NCBI GenBank assembly: GCA_002256025.1
Contig: NKIB01014205.1
Coordinates: 1-46,127 of the forward strand
DNA: 46,127 nt
Source of the DNA: Asterionella formosa
Taxonomy: Eukaryota
Direction: 5' to 3'
Every line of letters starts with the position of its first letter. Positions within the stretch are counted from its first letter, which is position 1. This document shows, piece after piece, positions 10,573 to 23,629 of this stretch. Made by a program: the position numbers and the translations under genes. Under the pieces are notes generated by a model. That model was not told where the DNA came from. It worked only from the letters and a program-made list of their open reading frames with translations, and searched no databases.

Positions 10573-12217
10573 ATGATGCTCTCCAACGCCAGCAAGGTCC
10601 TATTGAGGAAGGTGCGCACATGTATGAACTTCGTTGTCAGGATGGAAGCGCTCAGCCATCCGTCGGGGGATTGTTAACAGTTGCGAAAGTACCGGAACTT
10701 CCATCGCCATGCCTCATTGCATTCCATTCACTCGCTGCCTCTTCATCCCCTCCACAGACAGCCACCAGTGCTTCGATTCGCAGCATCACGTCCCTGAAAG
10801 ACACTCTCTACGCGCAGATCGCAGAGAAGCAAAAGACTCTGAACTCGCTCAAGAAGGAGCATGGCGACCAAGTGTACGTTTCGCGGTGGACTCGACGAGC
10901 CTTCCACCGCCTGGCTTGCAGGGACAGGGACACGGACACATCCTTCGCTAACACCGCATCTCATCTCATCTACATTCTAGGATCGGCACAGTCACAATTG
11001 ATCAACTCATTGGCGGAGCTCGTTCCGTCAAGTGCATGCTCTGGGAAACGTCCAACCTTGACCCTGCCGAAGGGATCCGCTTCCGAGGCCTCACTATTCC
11101 TGAATGCCAAGCTGTGCTCCCCACATACTCAGGGAAAACAGGGGATGGCGAGCCTCTCATGGAATCCATCCTCTGGTTGCTCCTTACATCGGAAGTTCCG
11201 ACCAAGGAACAAGTAGACTCGCTCACTGCCGATCTTCATTCGCGGGCACAGCTACCTGATCACGTCGTTCCCCTCCTCAACAGTCTTCCCAAGGACATGC
11301 ACCCCATGACTCAGTTTACCATCGGGGTCAATGCTTGTCAGACAGAATCAAAATTCGCAAAGGCATACGCAGAAGGTGCACCGAAGACGGCGTACCATGA
11401 GTATGCCCTCGACGACATCCTTGATGTGATCGCGAAATTACCTGAGATCGCTGCTACCATTTACCGCAACGTTTACTTCGATGGAGTCGTCAAAAAGGAC
11501 ACTTCCTTGGATTACAGTGGAAATTTTTGTCGCATGTTGGGATATGAGGATCCATCCTTTGATGAATTGATGCGCCTCTATTTGACTATCCATACCGACC
11601 ACGAAGGTGGTAATGCTTCGGCGCACACAACCCATCTGGTTGGATCTACCCTGGCGGATCCGTACCTCTCATATGCCGCTGGTCTCAATGCGCTGGCTGG
11701 TCCTCTCCATGGACTCGCCAACCAAGAAGTCCTCAAGTGGATTCAAGAATTGTCGGACAAATTTAACGCGGAAGGCAAAGAAATCAACGCCGAGACTATT
11801 ACGGAATTCGCCTGGGACACGCTTAATGCCAAAAAGGTCATTCCAGGATATGGACACGCCGTTTTGCGCAAGACAGACCCACGTTACACTTGCCAACGTG
11901 AGTTCGCCCTCAAGCACATGCCAGACGATGCACTATTTAAGGTTGTCGACACCATTTACTCCGTCATGCCTGGAATTTTGAAGGAACACGGAAAGGTGGC
12001 CAATCCATACCCAAACGTTGATTCACATTCTGGTGTCTTGTTGTGGCACTATGGATTTACTCAGTATCAGTATTACACTGTCTTGTTTGGGGTCTCCCGT
12101 GCGGTGGGAGCGTTGAGTCAATTGTACTGGGACCGCGCACTTGGGTTGGCCTTGGAACGCCCCAAGAGTGTTACACCCGAGTGGTTGCTGGCTCAAGTGG
12201 CGGCGGCCAAAAAATAA
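10573..12217 (+). CDS. CS: Mitochondrial citrate synthase, 3 exons (10573-10611, 10758-10873, 10981-12217)
   Basis: GT-AG introns 10612-10757 and 10874-10980 restore the frame ([19 protein letters not shown]...[19 protein letters not shown]); motifs [45 protein letters not shown]. Confidence 0.95.
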
Positions 12218-12397
12218 ATTTTGAAAGGATCGATGTTACACTGTAAACACTTATAATTGTCCTTAGCGGTGAATACATATACATTCTATTGCATCGAACC
12301 ACAACCAACTAGTACCAACACCCAGTCTCGTGCCATTGAAATCTATTAGTACCAATAGCCAATCTCTAACATATTGTCTTACATATAAGTGTTTTCC

Positions 12398-13241
12398 TTA
12401 TTTACTGCTATTCTTGTACAACAGTACCGACTGATACATGGAGACAACAGACTCGAGCCACATTAGACCATTCACTACACTGGTATCCAACCATGGATGG
12501 GTATCCCATCTCGGAAGTGACCATTCAAGACAAGGGAGAGTAAAGAGTGCAGATCGAACGAGCTGTAATTCTGTATTCGTCATAGATCTAGTCAATTGGG
12601 CAACTTGGTCCGACTAATTTGTGAAACAAATGGGAAGAATGTGAGAAAACTGCACATGCAACGCAAAGGCGATCAGACACAACAAGTTATTCAAAAAAAA
12701 ATTGCTCCCATTCATATAAAATTACCTTGTCATCGTCATCTTGTCTTAATGTTTCCCGATTTTTTTCCATTTCTCTCAAATGCAGCACTGATTGAATCAT
12801 TTCGCAAACCAAGTAGACAAGCCAGAATCGACAAGACATTGCTGACCATTGGTTGGCCCGGATACTTTTGGGTACAACATGTGGTGACGTCCATTTGAGA
12901 TATGCCACATGCTCCAAGGGATAGTATACCAACATGGACCATGCCATTGCTTTACCTAGTAGTTTGCTCCATTTCGACGATCCACCCCAAGATCCAGATC
13001 GAATGGCTTCGATACATGCTGGTAGGCCATAAAACCTTAGTAGATAGCGTGCAAACGAAATATCAGTTGAGACCTTGGCGACGCCTTCTCTCTTATTCTT
13101 GGAATGGAATAATTTGGAAGCGAGTAATAATGTCCATTGAAACAATTTGAGCCCCTTGTCTTGATTGGCAGCACTGCTCGTGAACTTGACAGTGTGCTGG
13201 AGAAAGCTATCAATGGAACTACTCTTGGTCTGATGCGCCAT
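12398..13241 (-). CDS. PEX11: Peroxisomal biogenesis factor 11 (PEX11) family, 2 exons (13241-12726, 12613-12398)
   Basis: QDKGLKLFQW, ISFARYLLRFYG, YYPLEHVAYL, WSAMSCRFW; phase-0 GT-AG intron 12614-12725 joins the two ORFs into 243 aa. Confidence 0.8.
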
Positions 13242-13675
13242 TTGGATTCGTCCCTATTTATTTACTTGTCAATGGATTCGGTGGTCGAGATTTTGCTTCA
13301 GAGAAAGAATGGACTTGGAGAGATTTGAATACTAGTACCTGGTACCAGCATCAATCACACATATGAATGATGCGAGAATATGATATGATACTCGACGATT
13401 GTGTTTCCTTTGGATGTCGTCAAGAAATTTCATTCTACATACTTTTTGGTGACGAGCAAATCATTGTGTCAACGCAAGCCATCATAATTATCGGATCTCG
13501 TACTACATAACAACAAACGTGACAGGAGCATCAATAACGCGTCGTATGGTCTACCGAGAAAATCTTAAATACTCCTATTATTGGTACTAGTAGGGTACAT
13601 CTTAGAGAGTAAACTACATGGAACTTTTCCCAAAAAGGGGTGAAATAGGGAAAATTTCAAAAGTCAAATTCCAAC

Positions 13676-14140
13676 TTAAAGATTGATGTCCACATTGTTG
13701 TCCCTCAATTTGCTTTCCTGCTCTTGCTCTTGCCTCCCAATCAACCATTTCAAACATTTCTGAAGTCTCCCATCCATTCTTTTTGATAATATATGTATCA
13801 AAATCACGGCAATATACTGAATCTCATATTTCTGATGGCACACTATAACTGGTGACCCCACATTTTTCCTAGCTATCTGGAGAGATGCCCTATGTCCTGG
13901 AGGTAGTATGTATTTGCTCTGTTTTTCGTTGCAAGTTGGACACAATTTTGTCCCCATTGCTAGCTGATCACAGTCTAAATTTAACTTTGCCTCCCCTGAT
14001 GCTAGCTGGCTGGTCAGCATAAGCAGCAACTTCATCATTCCGATGACTTCATCATTCCGATGAGATTTGACGTAAAAAAATTTAATCCTGAGTCTTTTTT
14101 TGTGAAATCGACATAGCTCCTTGAACCAAGTCATGACCCA
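13676..14140 (-). mobile_element. Degenerate RNase H-like domain of a non-LTR retrotransposon
   Basis: FFYVKSHRND...EAKLNLDCDQLA resembles the (H/W)VKxHxD...NxxxDxLA end of RNase H; frameshifted, CpG-poor. Confidence 0.55.
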
Positions 14141-14339
14141 GATCCAATGTCCTAGAAGGACCCATATGTTTCCATTTTTGTACTATACATGCCTTTAATT
14201 CCAATTCATTTGTTGTTGGGTTGACATGATAGTCATTCCCAACTTTCCATAAAACTCAGACATGTTTATATCAGCGCCTCATTTTTGTTGTCCTGCCACT
14301 GACACTACTCGATAGAGCAGGCTTCCAGAGCTAGCAATC

Positions 14340-15700
14340 GTTTTTTGGGGGACAACGCCTTGCAACATCACTGGCTGTTCATCACCTCATTCATTTGTGT
14401 ATCAAATGCTGGATGATTTGATGCTTTGAAATTCTCATCTTCCATCCTTTTGCCAACATTTTCAACTAGCAAAAAACTCGAACATTTCCTTGCTTGTTGT
14501 CATCAATGCTCCGATATTTCAATGTCCAAACACTTTTGTTGGCTTTCACAGAGCACCATTAGGGATTACAGTACTCATGAATGTTAAACAAGTGGTGGAT
14601 TGGCACCAAAGATGCCGAACAAAAGTCTTCAAATGTCTTGTTTCGATGTTTCTTCATGAAGCATTGATAAATTTTCAGTTGCATGAAGTCTGCTTTTGAT
14701 AATCTCTCGTTGCATTTTGGGCCTCTAGACTTCAAGAAACAGCAGCATAGTAGGACGCAAACTTGGTTGGAGGGGTCCGATAAAAATCGGTTTTATGGAA
14801 GGCATCCACGGTTTGCCCTTTTTGTGTGGTTTTTTTGCCATTCAAACAATGGAATATGTAGTAGAAAATCCTCATAAGACCATTTACAATTGGCTCTAAT
14901 AGTTGAATCATCATCACAAACCCTTGTAGTGTAGAAGACTTTATACTTATTCACTGCTTTGATCAGCCACCATTTCAACCCCAGCATCAGATTCCATTGA
15001 CTTGTGGAACCACCCAATAGGTGATTCTTAGAGCAAGCAAACATGAGGCTCGGCTGACTCAAACCGTCGGGCACCATTGTCACAAGTGTTGCATGCCCTA
15101 GATTTGATGCAGTTCTCAAGAATCTTTTTCGAATAAACTCAATGCAAAAAGCATGCCCGCTATTCGAATCATATTTGTTTCCACTGGAGCACTGCTGCCA
15201 GCTCATCTCGAAACAAAAGGTAAGTCTTGGTATGTTTCCGGATCACGGGTGCTTCTTCACTAAGATTTTTCCACCAAGAATACCGGGTAGTCTTTTCCAA
15301 TATCAGACCAAATATCAAGCTCATGTATGGCCATAGTAACACATACCTCCTCATTCATTGCCACTCTCATTGAATGTTCTGTTGCAGCTATTTCAGCTTT
15401 GCCTATTCGTAGCTCCAAATTATTGAACCTTTTTTCCTGCTCCAGTAACCACTTTGCAAAGGTAAGGAAAGGGATGAGCATTTTATATCAGCATCTACCA
15501 GGCGGACTGATTCCTGCTTCGAGACAACCAAGAACAAACTTGTTGTTAATTGCAGAGTGTCGCACTCAATTGCCTTTCTCATAACTAGCTTCTTTGTTTT
15601 TGAAAATTATAGGTTCAATATACTTTCTTTCATCACAATGTGCATAGTTAATTGAAATTCGGCTTGCAATGATGCCAAGAAATGGACTGACATCGTTGTC
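14340..15700 (-). mobile_element. Decayed Mutator-like (MULE) transposase
   Basis: Ordered fragments across frames: AINNKFVLG; MSWQQCSSGNKYDSNSGHAF; VCDDDSTIRANCKWS; FLSDPS; HLFNIHEYCNP*WC; HPAFDTQMNEVMN; multiple stops and frameshifts. Confidence 0.7.
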
Positions 15701-15769
15701 AACAATCAGCCTTGGAATCTGTGAAGGAGATTCTGACTAAACACAGAATGTCTTGACAAGAAACCTGGA

Positions 15770-16339
15770 GGCATTCCCTTTGAAAATTACTCTGAATTTT
15801 CTAATCTTGAGTTCCTGGCCTTGAATAACAACCCTCTCGGAGGTAGTCTCAGTGGATTGCTTGGCAACTTAGGAGCTCTTCGTGACTTGGAACTGAATAA
15901 CTGCAGCTTGACAGGCGTCCTTCCCGATGACCTCAGGGGATTGACTAGCCTTGAATTCCTGTCCTTGAATACTAACAACAGAAGCCATTCATCGTTTAAC
16001 TTGCTCCCTGCCCTAAGAATACTCGAATTCGGAAACAACGAGTTCTCTGGACCGCTATCATCAGAGCTTGGGTCTCTCCACCTGTTGAGTGTGTTAGATG
16101 TCACCAACAACATACTTACTGGTATCCTATCTTATAGTCTTGGCTAACACTCATTGCTTGAGGAATTCAACGTTTCTGGAAAAAATCTCGTTGGAGGGAG
16201 TCGGTGTGGACCTAGTGATCACCCCACCCCAGCCATGGCTGGCTGCGATTTAAATTGCGGTTGCTGTTCCAACGACTCCACGAACGTAAGTTGTTCTGTA
16301 AACACCAACTTCGGCCTCCGGAAATTTCTGCGTTCATAA
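15770..16339 (+). pseudogene. Plant-type LRR (LxxLxLxxNxLxGxLP) protein 3' fragment with Cys-rich cap
   Basis: About five LRR units, in-frame TAA at 16145-16147, continuing LEEFNVSGKNLVG...CDLNCGCC; 5' part missing and replaced by transposon DNA. Confidence 0.7.
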
Positions 16340-16643
16340 TGCTATAATATCAATAATTGAATTTTTTTATGAGATTTAGTATTATGTAATTGTAGCAAGT
16401 GGGAGCGAGCAAGCGTTGCTTTCTATTCTACCATACTTTACTCCAATACAGCGGTATTGTCTTTATGAGAATGCCCTTATTTTTTCTTGGCCAAGCAGCG
16501 TAATTTGTTGAAGCTCCATCGTGGAAGGCGAATAATAATCGAGGCCAAGTTATTCCAATAAATAGCTTTACTCTTGTAAATAAAAGGAACGTCGAATTTT
16601 TTTTGGCGTCGCAGCAGTATGAAATGAGAGCGTTCCATCTCGG

Positions 16644-19600
16644 TCACTTTCGTGACCGAGTTGACCAGTTGCTTCCACCCTTTGATGCTCGCATATCGTT
16701 GCTCACTCGTGCATTTCGAGTCCAACTTGAAGGCATACTAGAAGCGGATCCATCACCATTATAGTTTACCAAGGCAAAGTATTCTTCGTCTGTAACTGTT
16801 TGACGCAATTTTCGCAAGACATAATCATTGACATATCCTGCATCCCGACAGCTCTCAAAGAAAGCCCTTGCATGCGCGTATCGATTGTTTCGGTCGTCCT
16901 TGGGAAGCAAGTTAGCTAGCACAGATAATAGAATGGTATATGTGTAGGCATCTGCGCACATATCGGTTTGCGTCCGAATCCAATCAAAGACACGAAATGC
17001 AATCTGGATTGCTTCAACACGATCTGATTCTACTTTTGTGAAGGCACATGCGTTACAAACAGCATTGGCAGTGTGAACATTTGGTTTGATGTCTGGGTCA
17101 CCAGTCAATTTGTAGTTGTTATGCATGGCGTTGAAAATCTGCTCAGCTCGCTTGGCGGAGCCTCGCTCCCCGGATTTCGCCCACGCATCTATAACGGATG
17201 TGTGCGTTCGAGTGTTCGGCTTGAAGTCACAATCTCCGTCGCGATATCTCGCCTCCATGATGGACAAGACATGTTCGGCTCTGGCTGCAGAGCCCTTTTC
17301 ACTTGACTTTGCCCATGCGTTTATCTAGGAGAGCATCATTGAGGTGAGTAAGAAATGCAAACAGAAGCAAACGACAAGGGCATGTCAACGTACTATGGTG
17401 TTGTAAGTGTATGTATCGGGCTTCACCCCTTTGTTTCCTGCTTTGAACAATGTATCCATGTGCTCCAAGATTTGCTCCGCACGATGCGGAGCGATTTTAT
17501 CTCCGGAACGTGCCCAGGCGTCGAGGACGGCGTTGAATGTAATCGTATCGGGTTTGGCGTCTTTGTTCCCATTCTTGTCTAGACGATCCATCCATTCTAA
17601 TATCTCTTCAGCATGTTCAGCAGCAGGACGCCCTCCTCCACTCTTGGCCCAGGCGTCAAGAACTGTATTGAAATTAATGGTGGTTGGCTTACAATCATCG
17701 TTGCTTCCACTGCGATGTCTTTTTACCATGTTCTGAAGGACTCGTTCGGCTCTTGCAGCAGCACCAGGTTCTCCGCTCTTGGCCAAAGCATTGATGACAG
17801 CGTTGTATGTGAAAGTATTCGGTTGCCAATCTATGTCACCCGCCAAGTATTTGGCTTCCATCTCATCTAATAACTGATCCGCTCGTGTTGCAGCACCACG
17901 GTACCCGCTTTTGGCCCAGCTATCAATGACAGCGGTGTACGTGAAAGCGTCTGGCTTTAGATTGGGAATTCCAGATGCATGAAGTCGATTCATTGCCACC
18001 AACATCTCTTCAGCTTTTGAGGCAGCATCGTGTTCTTTGCTCTTCGCCCAACAGTTAATAACTGTATTGAATATGAATGTGTTCGGTCTTAAATTCGCGT
18101 TTCGTAGTGGGTCAGACTGGTGTATTTGGATCATATTCGCCAAAAGAGTATCAGCTCTGGAAGCAGCGCCCTTCTCACCACTTTTGGCGTGTGCATCGAT
18201 AACAGCTCCGTACGTTACAACATTCGGCTGAACATCATGGTTTCCATTTCTGTAAAAAAAGTGCATTTTGTCTAGCAGCTTTTCTGCTTCTTTTGCTGAT
18301 CCTTTACCTCCACTCTTGGCCCAGGCATTTATGACCACATTGTACTGAATTAAAAGAAGAAAAAGAACGTGATCAGGATGCTAAAGGAATGAAAGTAGAT
18401 GACATGATCAATCGACACAACCTACCGTTATCGTATCAGGCTTAGCCTCTTCATTTCCTGCATCGTGTAAGGTATGCATTTTGAAAAGTAACCCTTCCGC
18501 CTTTTCGGCTGCCAATGGTCCACCCAACTTGGCCCATGCGTGGATGACGGTATTGAATGTATACTTGTCAGGTTGAATGTTCAGACTTCCAGATTGATGC
18601 AGAGTTGTCATCCACTCCAGGATTTGCTCTGCTCGATGAGGTGCAATTTCTACGCCGCTACGGGCCCAAGCGTTAATGACCGCATTGAATATGCCTGTTG
18701 TTGGTCGAAGGCGTTCGTTCTTGCCCGACTGGTACAGAGTGTACATATGCTGTAGGATGTCTTCTGCTCTCGTCGCTGCAGTAACTCCTTCGCCACTTTT
18801 AGCCCAAGCATCGACTGCGGGGATCGAGCAAATGTAATTGGGTCAACAAGAGAATTAAAAAGATGCATGAACATAATTTCATGCATGAACGTACCTGCCA
18901 TTGTATACATCTTTGTGGTTGGCACAATGTTGGTATTCCCGGCAAGAAACTCTTTTTGGGCACGATTGAGCCACATCTCCACCATGGATGCTCCCTGAGA
19001 AGAATTGGTCTTGGCCCATGTATTCATAATAGCAGAAATCGGAACTGTCGAGGTATCTAGCTGCCCAACGGGTATTTCAATTAAACGCCGATTCATCCGC
19101 AATAACCATTCTTTCTTTTTGTCTTGTGGAACTAGATCATTGTTCTCGTCTTCCTCTTGCAACAAGGTTAAATGGGTGCGTTCCGTAGCGATGCTACCAG
19201 ACATGATTGGAGTCGAAGTTGAAGATGTTACAGATGGGTTATGCCACAATAGCTCGTCTTTTGTTGCTGGTGTCATCGTTAATGAGAGAGCTGCTACTGC
19301 TGCATTTCCCTCCTCATCTTGAGAGAATTTATTATTGTAGTCGTTATCATCACGCCTACCTCTACCTCCACTTCCACGACCGCTTTGGCGTCGACTCCCT
19401 CTGGGTTGCCTTTGTCGCATACCTTGATAATTTCCAGGGTTGTTGTATTCGTCATATCGTTTGGTTTGATGCCTGGCCATTGACTTGCTTGTTTCAATAG
19501 GAGAGAGAAAGCCAGGAGGTGGTCCAGCGGAAGCTGCAATCGAGAGTGAGGACTTTTGCAGCGCTTGATATTTAACGGTTGGATTATTGTTCGTCAGACT

Positions 19601-20107
19601 CTGTGTTCCTGTAGTTGACCCCGAAAAGGTAGGAGCAATCCCAGGTAGACTGCCAGCACCAGACGCTAAACTTTCGGACGAGGATAGTCCCAAGCCATGT
19701 TGATTATATGAATGAGTTTGTTTCTGGGACGATGATGCCCCATATCTATAAGAATGACCGTCTCGTCGCGCGGCTGTTTGTAGACTACTTGATAGGGGAA
19801 GCTGCCGGTTAACGTCTAGACGGGAAAACGAAGTCGACAAGCCGTCGTCTCCTCGCAGTGACGACCCCCCTGTGGATTGGAATGACGAATAATTGGTGGA
19901 GCATGCGCTCGACGATTCCTGATCCACTCTTTGCGAAGACGTCTGATTGCTCCAAATGGATGCATCGTTGCCGTTGTCCCATCCACCCTCCACATCACCC
20001 CAGTGTTGACTAGTTGCGGCATCGAGCAGGCCCTGCTCATCGCGTTGTTCTGATTCTCTCTGAACGGAATTCGACCACGTATTGCTGGAGGAAGAAGAGG
20101 GCTTCAT
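16644..20107 (-). CDS. Pentatricopeptide repeat (PPR) protein with long disordered N-terminus, 4 exons (20107-18895, 18814-18426, 18344-17394, 17324-16644), ~1077 aa
   Basis: Repeated P(N/D)xxT(Y/F)NxVIxAWAKSG...AA.RAE.LL..M units; GT-AG introns 18815-18894, 18345-18425 and 17325-17393 all keep frame; alternative ATG at 20140. Confidence 0.88.
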
Positions 20108-21658
20108 CGCATGAATAGGCTTTGTTTCTATTGGCACCATATTGAAATAAATAAACGGAAAAGCAAGCACTCGCAGTAAGTAGCTCGTGCTGAATCAGTG
20201 ATAAGAATGGATGTCTTGTGCCGAATAAGAGATGACAAAAGACACCTTGACATTTACTTTTGCCTTCCAACGAAGCCGTTAACTCTTTTCTCTCACAGTT
20301 TTATGAACTCGGATATAACAGAGATTTGCTGAGAGCTCCAGATCTCAATCTCGCACCTCGGTGGACGGAAGGGAGGTGGGAATGATGGAAGGATGGTGTT
20401 TGCTTGATTGAGAAATTGAGAAAAAACACCCTCGAAAACCTTGAAAAGTCACGTTTCCTTTTGTCGTTTCCCGTCCATTTCGCTTGGTTCCAAACAGCAG
20501 GATCTTAACAAAACGATGCTACGTATAATCTGGTATTGAGGTTCATCTGAGTGAAATCTGGTAGTTTGAAACAATGCCATGTCATGCTGCCTCGCTGCTA
20601 TCTCCATTACTGGTACTGTAGTCGAACCCGAGCGCTTCTTTCATATACAAACGTACTTCTGGGTACCTTCTGATCGTGTACGACGAGGCGCATACGGAGT
20701 ATCACGGACACTTGCGCGTCGTGGGGAAAGTTCCATGCCTGACATCCTCGTTGCCATCTCACATTTTAGTTCATGGGCATGGATGGTGATTTTTCTGCAA
20801 TTCTTGCGGTGCATCATAGCTGACTATTCATGTACAGATACAGATGATACTGTTTCGTTATTCTAGTGCTGGCACCGTATGACTTCTACGGCATGTGTCG
20901 CCTACCGTATCGTCTATGTATTCTGCTGTGTGGAGCATAAAATTGCATACACGAGCGCGCGTCAAACACTGCAGCAGGGACGGAGGGAATTGCTTACCAA
21001 AAATAGTGTAGTATAGCTGTACACCGCCAGGTAGTACCGGTACCGTACCCAGGTCGTACTCCGAGTCCTCCTCGGAAGAATGACACTGCACGAAAAATGG
21101 CACCAAGTGGGCACTACATATCATTTCTTTTATTTTTTGGGCTTTTCTATGGCACATATTAAAAAATTCCTGGTTCGAAACTGTCTAATAGTGTGTGCCC
21201 AACATGCCCAAACACATAAAACCAAATTTTATTTCACAAGCCTGCTGCAATGTATCACAAAATGAACAGAGGCACAACCATTGATTTCCTTGGATGATAT
21301 TTTGTGCTATGAAGTACGAAAAGCCAAAATAAAATGATTACATTTTGTGAATACACCCTAACCCTAACTCTATACTGGTACTAGGATTAGATTGACTCGA
21401 GGGGTGACCATCACGAGGAAAGAATTACCAGAAAGTTTCTAGTTGCACAGCCTTATACTGTAATTTCAATTGATATCGCACGATGCATTCTTTTCTTCTA
21501 AAGCCCAGCACTGAACCTTTTTTCAGCCTGCATCTTAGAAAACATTTCAGCTTTCTACATGTCTATTGTTCTCATACCAGTAGCTGTTTTGGGGTAAGAA
21601 GTAGGGCACAGTTATTTTCATTCACGTATGGCACTCAAAAGTAGTCATGACATGTTGT

Positions 21659-22651
21659 CTAGTGCATTGAAAATGACATTACGAAGATGAGACCAGAAAT
21701 GATTGTTTTGGAAATCAAGCCAAGTGTCAAGCACAGAATGACTCCACCCAGCCTTGTTGCCAGTTGATGCTGGCTAAACAAATCAGGAAACTCACGAGAA
21801 TCACTCTTCACTTGCTCCAACAATGGCCCGTAGCTAGCAGCACCATTTTCTATATTCATCACAGTCAGCGTTGATCTCTTACATTGCTCATAGTTCAGAG
21901 ATTGAATACAAAGACTGGCAATCTGTGAATAGGAAACTGCCGACGTTTTCATCTCACCTCCATTGTCCTTGAGGGCCAACACATTAGGACCACCATCCAC
22001 GTTGTCCTTCATAATACCAGGACGAACGATTGTATAGTCAACGCTCGAGTCTCTCAGCAACCCTTCGGCCTGATTATTCCAGGCCTTTGCCATGCCTCCG
22101 AGTAGATTAATTAAAATGGAAAAGAAAGAAAAGGGTTCTTCGCCCTTCCCAGTAATCCGTACCAGTCGTTTGCACGTATCTGATGCTTCAATGGCGGCAA
22201 TTAAATTCTGAACTCCGATATAGTTGACTTGTTTGGGGTGTGTAGGTTTAGATTCAGGGTAAGCAAAGGGGATCAAGGCCTTGAACCAGGGCTTGGGTGC
22301 GGTAGCGCCGAACAGTGCGAGACAGGCCGTGCAATCCTTGAGTAATTCCTTCAATGATTCGACATTGCCAACGTCACCTTGTATCATTTCGACTCCTGGT
22401 AGTGTCGACAGAAAGGCGGCGATTTGTTTCGAATCTTTGGCATCCTCCAACGAAGCAGGAGGCGTGACGCCAGTCAATGGATAGCGAAGAAGGCACTTGA
22501 CGGGAATGCCTTCAGAAACGAGTTTCTGAACAGCTTCGCGGCCGAGCTTTCCTGTCGTTCCAATTAGGGCTACTTTCTGAGGCTTTTGGCTCAAGGCTAG
22601 TGTGGCGGTACCGCTTAGCAAAAGGAGAAGGAAGAGTCGTATCATTGCCAT
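21659..22651 (-). CDS. NAD(P)H-binding atypical SDR (NAD_binding_10/NmrA-like) protein with signal peptide and C-terminal TM helix
   Basis: VALIGTTGKLG Rossmann motif; VNYIGVQNLI; DYTIVRPG; hydrophobic N- and C-termini. Confidence 0.8.
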   Translation of the reverse strand: MAMIRLFLLLLLSGTATLALSQKPQKVALIGTTGKLGREAVQKLVSEGIPVKCLLRYPLTGVTPPASLEDAKDSKQIAAFLSTLPGVEMIQGDVGNVESLKELLKDCTACLALFGATAPKPWFKALIPFAYPESKPTHPKQVNYIGVQNLIAAIEASDTCKRLVRITGKGEEPFSFFSILINLLGGMAKAWNNQAEGLLRDSSVDYTIVRPGIMKDNVDGGPNVLALKDNGGEMKTSAVSYSQIASLCIQSLNYEQCKRSTLTVMNIENGAASYGPLLEQVKSDSREFPDLFSQHQLATRLGGVILCLTLGLISKTIISGLIFVMSFSMH

Positions 22652-23629
22652 TACTTCACTGACATGGGAACACTGAAAAAATGTGGGTTCCTGTGAAACA
22701 CTGAGATTGTGATCATCATGTATGTACCACCTGTAAAACGAAAAATATGATAATATAAACTAAAGAAATGCAGAGCGAAGATATGTTTTTGGATCTGCCT
22801 TTTCTGTCGTGGTTTAGAATACCAAAATAAATTTGATATACTGTACATCATATACAGTGGATATGGATAGCCATCTAAGGTGTTACCGTACAGATCCTAA
22901 AGTTTGAGAAAACGAAATGGTTACAACCACCCAAGCCGCAGTATTTTCAAATACTGAACAGCTGCAATGCTGTTAGAAAAGAGTAAAATGCTCTCCAGTG
23001 CAAATGTCAAGCTTGGTGTCCTGTTACATATTTAATAAAGAAACAACAATAAACAGGCAGCCATCAGAAAAGAATAATGGGGAACTGACAATTCTGGACA
23101 CTACATACAATTCCAGATTACAATAGACTAGTACTACTGGTACATTTCATTCACTTCTCAAACAAAACAGCAACTCCAAAATTGTGTTGCAGTCCCAACC
23201 CTGAAGAAAACTGCTGGTAGAGTATCAGCGCTATGATTCACATGACTAACTAGACTGAAATGTGGCAATTATACACTGATGGGAAAGCTAAGCAAGACAA
23301 TAGGTACTATGACATTTCAACCACAAAATAATGAAACCAGCAGTCTTAACATTGTTGACAAGGGGGTACAATCCTGATATATCCAGCTACAGTGGTGAAC
23401 CATCATTGCAGTCATAACATGGAGATGCCAGCTGGACTAGTGGTAACATGGATGTTACCAGGAAAAACGCACAGAGGAATCCACATTGCCTGGTAAAAAA
23501 CATGGAAAGTCAAAGGCCCAACTGATATAATAGAACCCAATGCGAGCTAATGCAATCAGATGAAGCAGAAACTAAAATAAGTGAATTCCATTTGCACCAT
23601 ATAAATTGTTCATTCCTCTTATTGCCTAT

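Noticed and set aside
10329..11216. 295-aa ORF overlapping citrate synthase
   Set aside because: Read-through of promoter, introns and exon 2; the spliced model explains the coding part
10573..13241. Citrate synthase next to PEX11 as a peroxisomal/glyoxylate cluster
   Set aside because: The citrate synthase is mitochondrial-type with a presequence and ends AAAKK, not a PTS1
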